Shown here in pieces: positions 49,237 to 61,774 of a DNA stretch of 64,000 nucleotides. The translations under genes and the position numbers were made by a program. The notes under the pieces are model-generated. The model was not told the origin of the DNA and did no database searches. It was given only the letters and a program-made list of their open reading frames with translations. Position 1 is the first letter of the stretch; every line of letters begins with the position of its first letter. Origin of the DNA: Podarcis tiliguerta (lineage: Eukaryota); the NCBI GenBank assembly GCA_965153285.1, contig OZ229126.1; one strand, given 5' to 3'.

Positions 49237-52200
49237 ACAGATGGATGGTGGGCACAGATGGGTCCTCCATGCTGGAAGTGTGTTGCAGGTTTTGTGATAA
49301 TAGAACCATGACAGTCCTCAAGCCAATTAAAATCTACCCACCAATCTTAGACGTCACAATGTGCCCCAGGCTTTATTTTAATAATAATGATCTTGATTCC
49401 GTATTGGGAATAAATGCACATTTCTCTGTTTACTTTTAAAGTGTACTTACTTTCAAATTAGCTTTTTAGAGGAATTACTTTAATATTTGAGGTTAATAAC
49501 AAACACAGCTGATGTACAAAGTTATGACCAAAATTGTTTTTATATTGGACAGTGTGATATGTTTTACATAGATGAATAGGTTTCAAAAGTGTCTTGTCTG
49601 CCTTGAATTTTTTCATTCTTTTTTTTTTAATCAATAATACTTACTAGATCATGTGGCAGGACCCTTTTCCTGCTTACCTGGCTTAAAATCCACAAAGTTG
49701 TCTTTTATTTATGATGCATGATATCAGTTGAACAGTTCATCTCTAGAAAAGGGTGGCGTTTTAACACTGGGTTTTTTTTAAAAGCAAGGGCAATTTTGCG
49801 TCTTATGTCCTCAGTTTTATATATTTAAAAAGTGTCTATTGTTCCTGTGTCAAAGCAAAGCAGAAGAATTCAGCCCACTGTTAAGTCTAAAAGGAAGAAA
49901 AAGATTCTTTTCCTGTTTTTTGTAAATGCAATAATTAGCCCTTTGTGGTAGATGTGTATTTTTTAAAATTAGGCATGATCGAGTCAAAGTTACGCATCTC
50001 TTCAATCCTAATTAAGGGGGGGGGGGCATGTGAGCCACCTGCCCATCGGTTTCCTGAATGGTAGCTGTGCTAGTCTGTTGCAGCAAAAATATCCAAAGGT
50101 CTTACAGCACCTTAATGACTAACAAATTTATTATGACATGTGTTTCTGTGGGTTTTTGCTGCAATCCTCAACACATTTACCTGGGGGGGTAAGTCCCATT
50201 GAACTCAATAGGACTTACTTCCAAGCAGACTTGCAGAAGACTGCACTGCTTAATTTTGGCTGGATCATACCTATAGGTTTTACTGATCGGTATAAAATAT
50301 AGCTCATATAAACATATAAAATACTGTGTTGTCACTGAAATAATACTTGTTTTGTATAGTCACTGCTAGAAATATATAGAATTTAAATCACAAGCGTGCA
50401 TAGGTTGGGTAATATATGTGGGAGATATTTTTTAAAATAGTATTTATATATAGCAAATATGGATGTTAAAAAGATAAACAATAGTTAAGTGTGTATGAGA
50501 TGGTAGTAATTTATTAAACTGCAGTTGGTGATTAAAAGCGAGATGAAGCGGGCATACCTATAAGGCAATATTAGACCTGATCAAACGGTAATCCGAGTCA
50601 GAGATCTATGTTGGTGTTGATTTCAGGTTTATGTCAAGTACTACTCAGCAGGATGGGTGAATTCTTTAAAATAAAATAAAAATTAGCAAGATAGCTCCCC
50701 ATTAAAAGGATGTTCCCTATTCAGAAGGCTGATCCAGAGAAACAGTTCTGAGAAATGTTGTGTAGATAGCAACAGTGCACTAAATCAAGGACAGCATCAC
50801 AGTTTGCAACAAGAACCCTGGCTTAACCCCAGTTGTACTGCTGGTAAAGAAGCATTGCTGTCCTGGTGCTTTTCCACCTTATCGTATCTATTTCCTTTCG
50901 AGTGCTGTTGTCAACCAGTTCAAACGTCGTGTTGTAACCATCCCGAAGTACAGCGTGTGTGCAGCTCTCCCTTCGGCGGCGCGCTTTTGAGCCTTTGTGC
51001 TGCTGATTGCTGCATGACCAGCCCTATCAGACAGGAGTCAGGCAGGTGGCATTGGCAAAGGAAGCAACCCCTTCTGGTTCTTCAAAAGTTGTCGCATGCC
51101 CAGATTTCAGCATAAGCGCTTTGCCCATGGAAGCATGATCTGTGCTCCACTTTTGCATATAAAAGGTGCTCACCTGTGCAAGCAGATTTTGCACCCTAGC
51201 AATCTTCAGCCTACGTGGTGCTGGGCAGGGAAATACTGCATGTGGTTAAAGTGACCAATGTCGGATAGGAGATCCGTCCTACAAAAACAGAACTAGACAT
51301 CCTAAACTGTATCTCACAGAGATGTAACTTGATTATAAACTTGATTACATTGTGCAGAAAGTGCAGTTTTAGTGCAAGCGAAGAAATGGCCAATCCTTTC
51401 CTCAGCCCCCTTCCCCAACTTCCAGCCTCTTCTAAAAATGGGATATTCTGGTAATTCTGCACACATCGCCAAAAAATGACAGCAATTATGTCATGTTTTG
51501 AAATGTCCCTCTGGTCTTTTCATTTTGAGAAAGCCTGCTGTTGGGCTTTTAGGAAAGTTTAAATAAGTGACTTAATATAAATGTTCCATGCAAATTGATT
51601 AAGAAAAGCGATGAGCTACCAGTCTTCCAAAAGTCACAAAAGCCATTCAGATTTTTGACAGAATCAGGGTATCCATTTCCCTTTTAAGGAACACAGTTCT
51701 TAATTTCCTTTTTTCCTAAGATTGTTTGTGCGCTGGCTTCCGTAACTCCATTTTAGCACCTTTTAATATCAATTGGAACAGTTGCTCTATGCAGTTATGT
51801 TATTGCTATTATTTATTTTGAAAATCAAATTCTGGACAGAAGCAGTAATGACGTCTGTTAAATGCCTGTTGCGTTCTACTGCCTAAGGTACTGTTATGAA
51901 TGCATGCCTTTTGTGCAAAGTCTAAATCTAAGATAATTTTGAATGCATCAGAAAAACAGTCCCAGTCGTTCTAAAAGTTTCTATACATACTATTCGAGGT
52001 TGAGATATCTTTATTTCTCTTGTTCTCAAAGTGCCCTCTCTTGGTTGAATTATGTAATGACAATGGTATTCCACCCTCGAATAAAAATAATGTTCTAACT
52101 TCAGAAAACAAGATTCAGGGTATTTTTATGTGTCACTTTTTCATACTTGAGTATTGAGATTTGTGCCAGAAAGTATGTTTAGATTCTGATGCATGATGGT

Positions 52201-54754
52201 GCAATAAATGTCTTATATTACTTGACTTGGAAAAACAGTCCCTGTGAATCCAGAAAAGAAAAGAAAAAACAAAGAGCTCATTCTGGCACTCAGATATTTG
52301 CAGGGTTTTTTTGCTGACATATTTAGTAATAAACCTGCCTGGAGTAGTCAATATCTGTCCTTGCAACATCATCTGATGTGTTAGGGATTGAGCCTTTGTC
52401 AGTTCTCAGGTGGTTAACTCCTGCCAGTTCTGCATATACTGCTACAAAATCCAGGCAGACCATTGAAATGGTAAAAGTTCAATGAAATGTTGTAAGCGCT
52501 CTCTCTCTCTCTATCTAATATTTAGTGTCCATCCCCTAGTAAAATGCTATGAAATTATCATTTTAAAGGAACTGGACTGGCTATCTGCTCTGTAATATTA
52601 CCTCCCATTTCATAATGATAGATAGTTCTGTGGAGTCACCTCATAACCACTAAACCCCAGATTTAAATCCTAGGAAATGCTTTTCCTGGTGGATCTGAAA
52701 CATAACATTAGGATAATAAATTGAGAGATTAGTTGGAAATAAATGTGTTTTAATATGACAAGGGCAGCTGCTTAGCTTTCTACTCTTATTTTGCATCTGT
52801 GCCGTTTGTTTATAATCTCTTAATTTTTGGATGTCTGAATTGAAGTAGTTGAAAAGTGCATAATGTTCATGCAATGCTAAGCATTAATAATTGTAAACGA
52901 GGCAGTTGGCGGGGGTGGGGGGGAAAATGCCTGCGATCTGGCACCTAAAATAATTAATAGCTGTGTAAATGTATGTAATATAAGAATCAGACTTTAGGCA
53001 GAATTTATTCATTTATTTGATTAGAAAAAATATATATTTTAACACCTTTAATTTATCATTCCATTCCAATATCATTAGGTTAGTTACCAACTAGATTTTG
53101 TGATGATGTGTCCTGTAATTTTAACTCTTTGTTCCCTGACTGAAGCACACTTTTGCTTACAAAGGGTGATCCTAGGATGCCATAGAATCACAGACTTGTA
53201 GAGATGGAAGGGGCACGAGGGTCATCTAGATCAACCCCCTGCAATTCAGCAATCTTTTGTGCGATATGGGGCTTGAACCCACAACCCTGAGAGTAAGATT
53301 CTCAGGCTTTACTGACTGAACTATCCCTAGGTTAATCAATGAGTGAGGAGACGCAGGGAGGCCTAGTTCAGTTATTGGCAGCTGCCTAAAAGTGGGTGGG
53401 AAGGCTCACTGGGCGAATGTAATGACACTGTTCAGCTGTAATGATTGCTGAGATTCCTGACCAGCATATTCATTAGGACCAAGTAAGAGAACAAAGTCTA
53501 CAAATCTCACCTGTCGATGGAGACTGGGCACTGCAACCATACCATCTGGGCCACAGCTCACAGTCAAGCCTAGGGATCTGCATGTGCCTCTGTTTCCCCT
53601 CTGGGCAGCCTGCAAGTTAGGCAACGCTTTGGAGTAGGGTTCCAAATGCATACTGCACATGCCTGTTGAATCAGGAATGCATGTAGCAGCTCCTACACGT
53701 GTGCTTTGGTACACATGCGCCCTGCGCAACATGCTTTCTGCACACATTTCACGGGGTGGGACAATCCTATTGTACTCCGTGTTTACCTCACCATATCAGT
53801 GTGATAAATCACAAGAAGTACCCCCTGAATTTTTAAGAGATCTGATCTGGAAATGCCCTATCATGTGCACTGATTGAACGATAGTATTTCCCCCCTTCTC
53901 CTATTCTAAGCTATAAAAATAAAATAAAAGTGTTATTACCATAATGGCAAAATGGAGGACAGTTTAAAATTTATACAAAAATGGCTCTGGCTTTCTTAAC
54001 TTTCTGCGTCGGTATAATGAAAACCACCCTTCTATTATTTCTTATATGTATAGTTGGTGCTATGGGACATATTTGCAACTAGAAATAGCACCCCAGTCTT
54101 GAAAAAGATTTAATGCTCTACACTTAGTGCTGCGAGATGTACAGTATGCTATAAGAGCTAACGGTGCTCTGGTGTAAGTCTAGCTTTATGGCCATGTTCC
54201 CATATACATCCATTTCATTAAAGGGATGACAATGGTATGTAAAGTGAAGAATTCACAACTAGACTTCCTCCATTTGGTTTCATCAGCTTGGGAGCTTTAT
54301 GCAGCAGCAAGCACAGCCTTAGAACTGGACTTGTCATGTCAGTGTATGAGGATAAATATATTTACAGTTCTATAACGTGCAAGTTAGGTTTCAGAGGATA
54401 TTTTCAAAAACCTTCTTCAGATAATCCAAGGCAGTAGCTCTACTGGCCCCACTGCAGATTCATAATGCAGTCACTAGGAAAGGCAGGCAGCCCAGAACTC
54501 CCTGTAAATTCTCTTGCTCTGGAGATAGACCAGGTGTATCTTTGCGTAGACTCCTTATATTAGGGGGACGTTCTGTTTCTTGGACATAAGGAGTCTTCTC
54601 CCTACGACCCCTTTTAAAAATACTGTGCAGCTTGGGTTGGGTTGTTAGACATCGAGATCTTGATGTTATTGGGAGCCACTGTAGACCACTGGATTTGAAA
54701 GGTAATTCCATTCCAAACATGGGTCATGGACTTATGGGACACTTAGCCTAATGC

Positions 54755-55428
54755 AGGGAAACCAAAATGCTTGTTTACAAAGCTATTGTACTACCAACCT
54801 TACTGTATGCTTGTAAAACATGGACCACTTACAAACACCATCTCCAACTTCTCGAAAGATTCCATCAACAGTGTCTCCAAAAAATCTTACACATCGCTTG
54901 GGAAGACAGGAGAACCAATATCAGTGTACTGGATGAAGCAAAGATCACCAGTGTTGAAGCAATGATTCTTCAACATCAACTTCGTTGGACTGGTCATGTT
55001 ATGTGGATGCCTGATTATCGTCTTCCAAAGCAACTACTCTATTCTGAACTTAAAAATGGAAAGTGTAATGTTGGTGGGCAACGAAAGAGGTTTAAAGACA
55101 AGGCAAATCTTTTTAAATGTAGTATAAACACCGACAACTGGGAAACACTGGCCGACGAGCACTCCAGTTGGAGAACAGCCTTTACCAAAGGTGTCATGGA
55201 CTTTGAAGACACTCAAACTCAGAATGCAAGAGAGAAACATGCTAGGAGGAAGGCACGCTTGGCAAATCCACACCGTGATCAACTCCCGCCTGGGAACCAA
55301 TGTCCCCACTGTGGAAGGACATGTGGGTCCAGAATTGGCCTCCACAGTCCCTTACAGACTCATTGTTAAAATCGTGTTTATGGAAGACAATCTTACTCGG
55401 CTACGAGTGATCGCCAGAGAAGAAGAAA
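54755..55428 (+). mobile_element. RTE-clade LINE 3' fragment (non-BovB) with C-terminal C2H2-like finger
   Basis: ORF 54767-55369 VYKAIVLPTLLYACKTW..QLRWTGHV..RLPKQLLYSEL..CPHCGRTCGSRIGLHS; (GAA)n tail. Confidence 0.88.
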
Positions 55429-57269
55429 CCAGGTTTAGGTGGAAGTAAACCCTGTTGATGTAAACATTGGCACCCACCATCCTTGAGCAACTTTTTAAGG
55501 GACCAAGCAATTCCCACACCTGGCGCCATCTCCCGGGGGCTCCATCCCAGTGCTTCAGGGCATTGTGAAAAATGGAAAGGGTAGTTCGACCCAATCACTC
55601 GGCACTGCTTAGAATGCCTTTCCTACCATCGCCACTCCCCGTGGCTAGGTCAGCCTAATAGGACCCACTGATGGAGGATCAGACTCACCAGAGGGCACTT
55701 TGCTACAGGCCTATCACAAACCTGAGACCAGCCCATTTTGGGGTTTGCTCCCCAGCAAGTGTGTTTCATTTTTCATATACAGTATATATATTCCTCTCTA
55801 CCTCACACAAAACAAGTTAAAGATTGGAAGAAAATTTACCCAATAAGAGTGCTGTGTCGATTTTTTGTTTAATCATCACACGGTTTCTCAGCAAACAGGT
55901 TAATGGCAAGGTAGGTTGAAATGGCAGAGAAGACTTGATTGTGGAAAAGGAATGCCCAAAATAATGCAAACTGCATTTGATGGTGCCATTGATAATGGTA
56001 TTGACAGTGCAGATTCCTAACACACCCCAAAGCTACTCAAATGGTTTAGTACAAACCAGGAACAATATGTTTATTCTATAATATGCAAAAATATATGCTG
56101 CAATTCTAGTGCAAAATGGGATGATTTGCTATAGTAAATCAGATAACCTATTCTCACACTAGCAATATTAATTTCAATTTCTGGGAATCAACAAGTGTTT
56201 GCATACAGAGGCACCACACAGATGACCAAAGCAAGCTTAATGAAAGATCTGTAGAGTTTTGCAGTTAGAAAGTATTAGATAATGAAAAAAATGCAGCATT
56301 AAAACTTTTTGTTTCCAGTGATTTAAAATTGCACAGTCAGAAATGAAATGATTAAAAGATTTCACTTGTATAGCTAATAGCTTTGTATTGTGGATCAGCA
56401 TTAAAATATGCCTCTGTTGTAGTTCAGGAGGAAATAAGGAGTAGCAGAAAGCCGCTCTAAAAAGAAAATAACGTAGAATAAAAACTGGGTGTAGTTCATC
56501 ACCATTAAAACCAATGGGAGTTTGGCCATGTGAGCTGTATCTTTTGGTCTCAACCTTTGAACAAGTTATTTACTGTGCAATCCTATACACAGGGAGACTT
56601 ATTCCCAGGTAAGTAAGAGAAATAAACAGTGCTGCAGTACAGGGCGAAGAAAAGAGCGCTTATATCTAGCAACAGATACTGGTTGCCCACACCATTCCCC
56701 CATATATTTTGGGGGATGAGATACCGGTACTTGATTTCAACAAATTGAATTATACTTCTGTTTAGCCAACATCTGCCTCTGGCTGCTAAAATCCTACAAC
56801 AGGAGGGACAAAAGCTGTTTCCTCTGACCTGACATACCCAAACTTAGATGGGATAGCTAAGATTTCCAGGTAAAGCATCTTTCTAAAGGGAATGTGTATA
56901 GTATTATTAATTGTGGAACTTAAAGCAGCCATCACCTGCTGGTCAAGGAGTTGAATGGATCTGAAGGTCAAAAGTTTTGGTCTGGTTTATGGAAATGCGG
57001 TTATAGGTTCAAACCAAAAATAGTGGATGTTTTGGATCTGAAGAAGCATGTCTTTACTTCCCTGTGTCAGTGAATATGAGAAACACGCGTGACTGCTTGA
57101 TTTCTCATGAGCTGCTATGTTGTAGCTTTAAAAGGTAATGTGTAAGAATTCCTTAGGATACTTGCAAATAATTTTTTCCTCTAGGATTGCTACAGATCTA
57201 TGATCCAACATTAATGGCCATTTGATTGCTGTGTTGTAGCTACACACTGAAGCTTGATAAATCATTTTA

Positions 57270-57733
57270 CAGTGATACCTTGGTTCTCAAACTTAATCCG
57301 TTCCAGAAGTTCATTCCAAAACCAAAGCATTCCAAAACCAAGGTGCACTTTCCTATAGAAATTAATGCAAAATGGATTAATCCGTTCCAGACTTTTAAAA
57401 ACAACCCCTGAAACAGCAATTTAACATGAATTTTACAATCTAACAAGACCATTGATACATAAAATGAAAGCAATAAACAGTACTGCAGTCACACAATCAA
57501 TCAATCAGTAGCTGAACTGGGTTCCACTCAGTCACACAAAAAACCCCACAAAGTAAATAGCAAAAACAGACAGACCTCAGCGTAACACTCAAACCAGAAG
57601 TGTAACACTCAAAATGGAGAATGTTTGGCTTCTGAAAAAAAGTTCACAAACCAGAACACTTACTTCCAGGTTTGCAGTGTTTAGGTTCCAAGTTGTTTGA
57701 GTACCAAGGCGTTTGAGAACCAAGGTACCATTG
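57270..57733. mobile_element. Tigger-like MITE
   Basis: TA|CAGTGATACCTTGGTTCTCAAAC...GTTTGAGAACCAAGGTACCATTG|TA. Confidence 0.85.
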
Positions 57734-60700
57734 TATCTATATCTAGAAGTATCTGTGAAGTGGTTCTTCAGCATTAACTGCTCTTAACAGAAACGTAGAA
57801 TGGAGCTGAAAACTGCTTGAAGGTACCCTAGGTATGGGATTTCCTACAACCTAGCCCTGTTAAAACTCAAATCATTTCCTTGTTGTGTCTAGCACAATCT
57901 CACTGCCTGCCATAGAGTCAAACACATGTAATTGTATACAGATTATCAGGACACAATGTGAAAATGTTACGCCTGAGGTTTTCAGAGGGTTGGTATTGTG
58001 ATAGCTGCTTGCTGGGTTTTTTTGGGGGGGGGAGGGGAGGGTAAAACAAACCTAGTACTTTCTGAATATACTTGAAGCAGCTTTTCATTCTCCGCTGTAC
58101 TAAAAGTCATACGGTATATCTCTTCTGACCAACTTTCAACCAAAGTGCCATAATAAAGTATATTCTATTGTGGCGCATATAATGTTTTGTAACAAGGAAT
58201 TCAGCATTTTAGAGCATATCTGAGTGCCATCTTGGTTGTTGTTGTTTTATCTGTTGTACCAAGACTGCTACAAAACAACACTGAAAAATTATTTACATTT
58301 GGCATTGTGAAGCTGTCTAGTACTTGAATTTGACTAATAAAAGATTACTGGAGAATCATGTTGTGCTATTACTGTATAGTGCTATCTCAAAGTAATATAT
58401 GTGTCTTCTTTATAAACATTTTTGTATTTGTTTTCCTTCATGTAACATCCCCGTTTTTCTTTACAAATTATGTTAGCAATTATTATTATTATTTACTTTT
58501 GTTAAGATGTCTTATGTACTGTATTTTGGGAAATCTTATTTTTTAAATAAACATAAACAATTGTATGTTAAATTTCTCTTTTAAAATCAGTACACTGCCT
58601 GGAGAAAAACACACACTATTTAGCTGATTTTGCAGTACTTTGATATGTTCAGATTTATGAATCTCTTGACAAAATAGTTAAGCAAACATCCCAGATTCCT
58701 TGACGAGTCACATCTACAATGCACATATTGCTAATTATTTGCTGTATTTTTGCATAACTCTTATATATACAAAATAACACATTTGTGGTTTCATTTGCAA
58801 AATATAATGGTGAAATAAACATGATGTAGTAGGTTTTTTTGTCACTCAGGTTTTTCTTTGTCAGAACCAGAGTGTAATAAATAAAAGAGGGATGTCACAC
58901 ATAAATATTGTTTCCAAAGCACATAGGGCTGACTACTGCTGGGGACTAAAGACTAGATTAGATCGCTTTAGCAAGGCACTTTTTATGTACCTATATTCCA
59001 ATGTACTCTGCCATCACAATGACAATGTACACAGCAGTTCCCATGGCATATGTGAAATGTGTGATGATGTACAGAAGTTATAGGGATTCTGTTTAGGAAT
59101 CCTATTTCATGTAAACAAGCTATGGAGCTGGCCTATGGAGTGCACATATTTGCTTTTGGTATTTTGGAATCCAAAGTGTATTTTGCTAGAAATATGTTCC
59201 ATATTCCCACTTGTCTGTCTACTGCATGGCTTCCACGGAAATCATTTGCAAGCTTGCTCTTCTTTTCATGTATTCCAACAGTATCTGGAGGTTGAAAATT
59301 CATTTTGAGAAGCTGCCAGGTAATACAGATGAACAAATGCATGCTAGCACTGCTGTAGGCTGACCAATTACCCATATGAGCAGCAATTATATTAGCGTGC
59401 AAGGGCAATTGTTAGGAAAATTGGACCCTCTGGACATCCAGCTGAGTAAACAGACTTGAGGAAGGATGGAGGATGTGTTCGTTTGGAATAAAACACAGCT
59501 AAGCAAATTTGTAAACGGAAAGACTTCAACTTATAAAAGACAGTGAGTTCTCTGAAAACTCATTTTTGAACATTCTCTGTTTAGCCGTTTTTTCCTCAAA
59601 ACATCCCCTTTGCTAAAGCTTTGGTTTGTGATCAGTCATGGTCTCAACCCCAAAGTCACAAATACAGATCTCCTTGTATACATTTGGACCCCAGTGGCCA
59701 GCAATTGTGCAGCGTTTTGTGACCCTGGTACTAGTTCCCATTGTGAGCCTGACATGTACTTCACCTTCACAATTCTCTCCCCCCCCCCCCCCCCGTTTAA
59801 AATTAAAGAAACACTGTCTTTACCGAACTGTATGTGCAGTTCCCTGAGCATGGAGAACAATGGTGGTTTGTGTAGCTTCAGTGATTTGACCAGAACATAT
59901 ACTGTGTTTTGGCATGAGCAGTATGCAAGTTGAAATATAAATGTGCAGATGCTGCAGGAAAATGAGCTCTCCAAGAAAAAGAAATAACAACTCGCCCCTT
60001 GATGTGGGATAGTTGTTTTGATACTAACAATGATGTGCTAGGGTGAACAGAATGTCATCCCTGTACAATATCCAACCATGTATTGCTGTCCATAGGATAT
60101 GGAAGAGCTGGCTTTTTTAAAGGAAGAAGACGACGACGACAAAATGTTATAATATCACAGAGAAGCTACAGAGCAGGAGAATCACATGCTACAGCTCTTG
60201 CCAGATATTATCACTTCAGCTTTGCTTCCCCAAAGTTTAAATGCAAAGAAAATAGTGGCATGATAATTTTCTATGTTCACATTTTTCTTTTAAAAGAAAG
60301 GAAGAGGAAGGATTCATATATTTGCCCTTCCCTGTGTATAGTCTGAGGTGGCAGAACAAGGACTGTGTGATGCATGACACAGTTATAGATCCAAGGCAAA
60401 ACTCCTGCGCAACCCTTCAAACATAGTGAAACTTAACTTCTAGGAAATATGCATAATGGGATTACATTATGATGTAGAAAATATTCTGTAATTTCCAAGA
60501 CCCCCAACAACCTCCAGCAAATTTCATCAGGCCAGCTCCCTTTTCAGGGAACCACTGCATAGCTTAACACTACTGATCGTTCTGGCATTCTTCACTCTAC
60601 TTGCATTATCGATCTGTGAGTTTGCAGGGTGGGTAACTTTTCTCGTTCCAAGGAGTAATGGTGGGGTAATAAATCGAGGACCACACACACATGTGCCCAC

Positions 60701-60796
60701 AGACCTTCCATCTCTCTTTCACACATATGCACACCCTCTGCTTTTTTAACACCGTTCAATACCCTCACATACAATCTGTTGGCTTTTGGGATATCA

Positions 60797-61280
60797 TGGA
60801 ATCATAGAATTGCATGTTTTGAAGGGACCCTGAGAGTCATCTAGTCCAAGCCCCTGCAGGAATCTCAGCTAAAGCATCCATGGCAGATGGCCACCCAACT
60901 TCTGCCTAAAAACTGCCAAGGAAGCAGAGTCCACAACCTCCCGAGGGAGACAGTTCCACTGTCAAACAGCTCTTACTGTCAGAAAGTTCTTCCTGATGTT
61001 TGGTCAGAATCTCCTTTCTTGTAATTTGAAACCACTGGTTCAAGTCCTACCCTCCAGAGCAGGAGAAAACAAGCTTGTGGCATCTTCCATGTGACAGCCC
61101 TTGAGATATTGGAAGATGGCTATCACATCTCTTTTCAGTCTCCTCTTCTCCAGGCTACTTCAACTGCTCCTCATATGACTTGGTTTCCAGACCCTTGATC
61201 ATCTGGGTTGCCCTCCTCTGCACACGTTCCAGCTTGGCAACATCCTTCCTAAATTGTGGTGCCCAGAATTGGATACAGCA
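60797..61280 (-). mobile_element. CR1 LINE 3' fragment
   Basis: Reverse complement of the CR1 end seen at 20270, extending into ORF2-derived sequence (GCCCAGAATTGGATACAG). Confidence 0.85.
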
Positions 61281-61431
61281 TGTGCCCCTTTGTCATAAAC
61301 TTTTGGCAAAGCTCTCCTTCTCTTCAAATTTATGCCTAGCATAAAACATGATAACCAGACTTGTCAGTCATACTAAACTTTATAGACACATTAATATAGT
61401 TCACCCTCATTATTCTAACTTAACCCATTAG

Positions 61432-61774
61432 CGGGTGGCACTGTGGTCTAAACCACAGAGCCAAGGGCTTGCCAATCAGAAGGTCGGCGGTTTGAATCCC
61501 CGCGATGGGGTGATCTCCCGTTGCTCCTGCCCACCTAGCAGTTTGAAAGCACGTCAAAGTGCAAGTAGATAAATAGATATCGCTCCGGCGGGAAGGTAAA
61601 CGGTGTTTCCGTGCACTGATCTGGTGCACCAGAAGCGGCTTAGGCATGCTGGCCACGTGACCTGGAAGCTGTCTGCGGACAAACGCCAGCTCTCTCAGCC
61701 AGTAAAGCGAGATGAGCGCTGCAACCCCAGAGTCGTCCACGACTGGACCTAACGGTCAGGGGTACCTGTACCTT
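61432..61774 (+). mobile_element. Sauria SINE
   Basis: TSD TTAACCCATTAG at 61420-61431 and 61775-61786. Confidence 0.92.

Larger units (their letters stand above)
49237..58840 (+). other. ZDHHC21: Possible long ZDHHC21 3' UTR (3' end uncertain)
   Basis: AATAAA at 49409 (proximal) and a cluster at 58336/58546/58814; the last is followed by a GT/T-rich stretch. Confidence 0.35.

Noticed and set aside
54767-55369. 200-aa ORF as a host zinc-finger gene
   Set aside because: It is the C-terminal part of an RTE LINE ORF, 5'-truncated with a microsatellite tail; the finger's first His position reads Pro.
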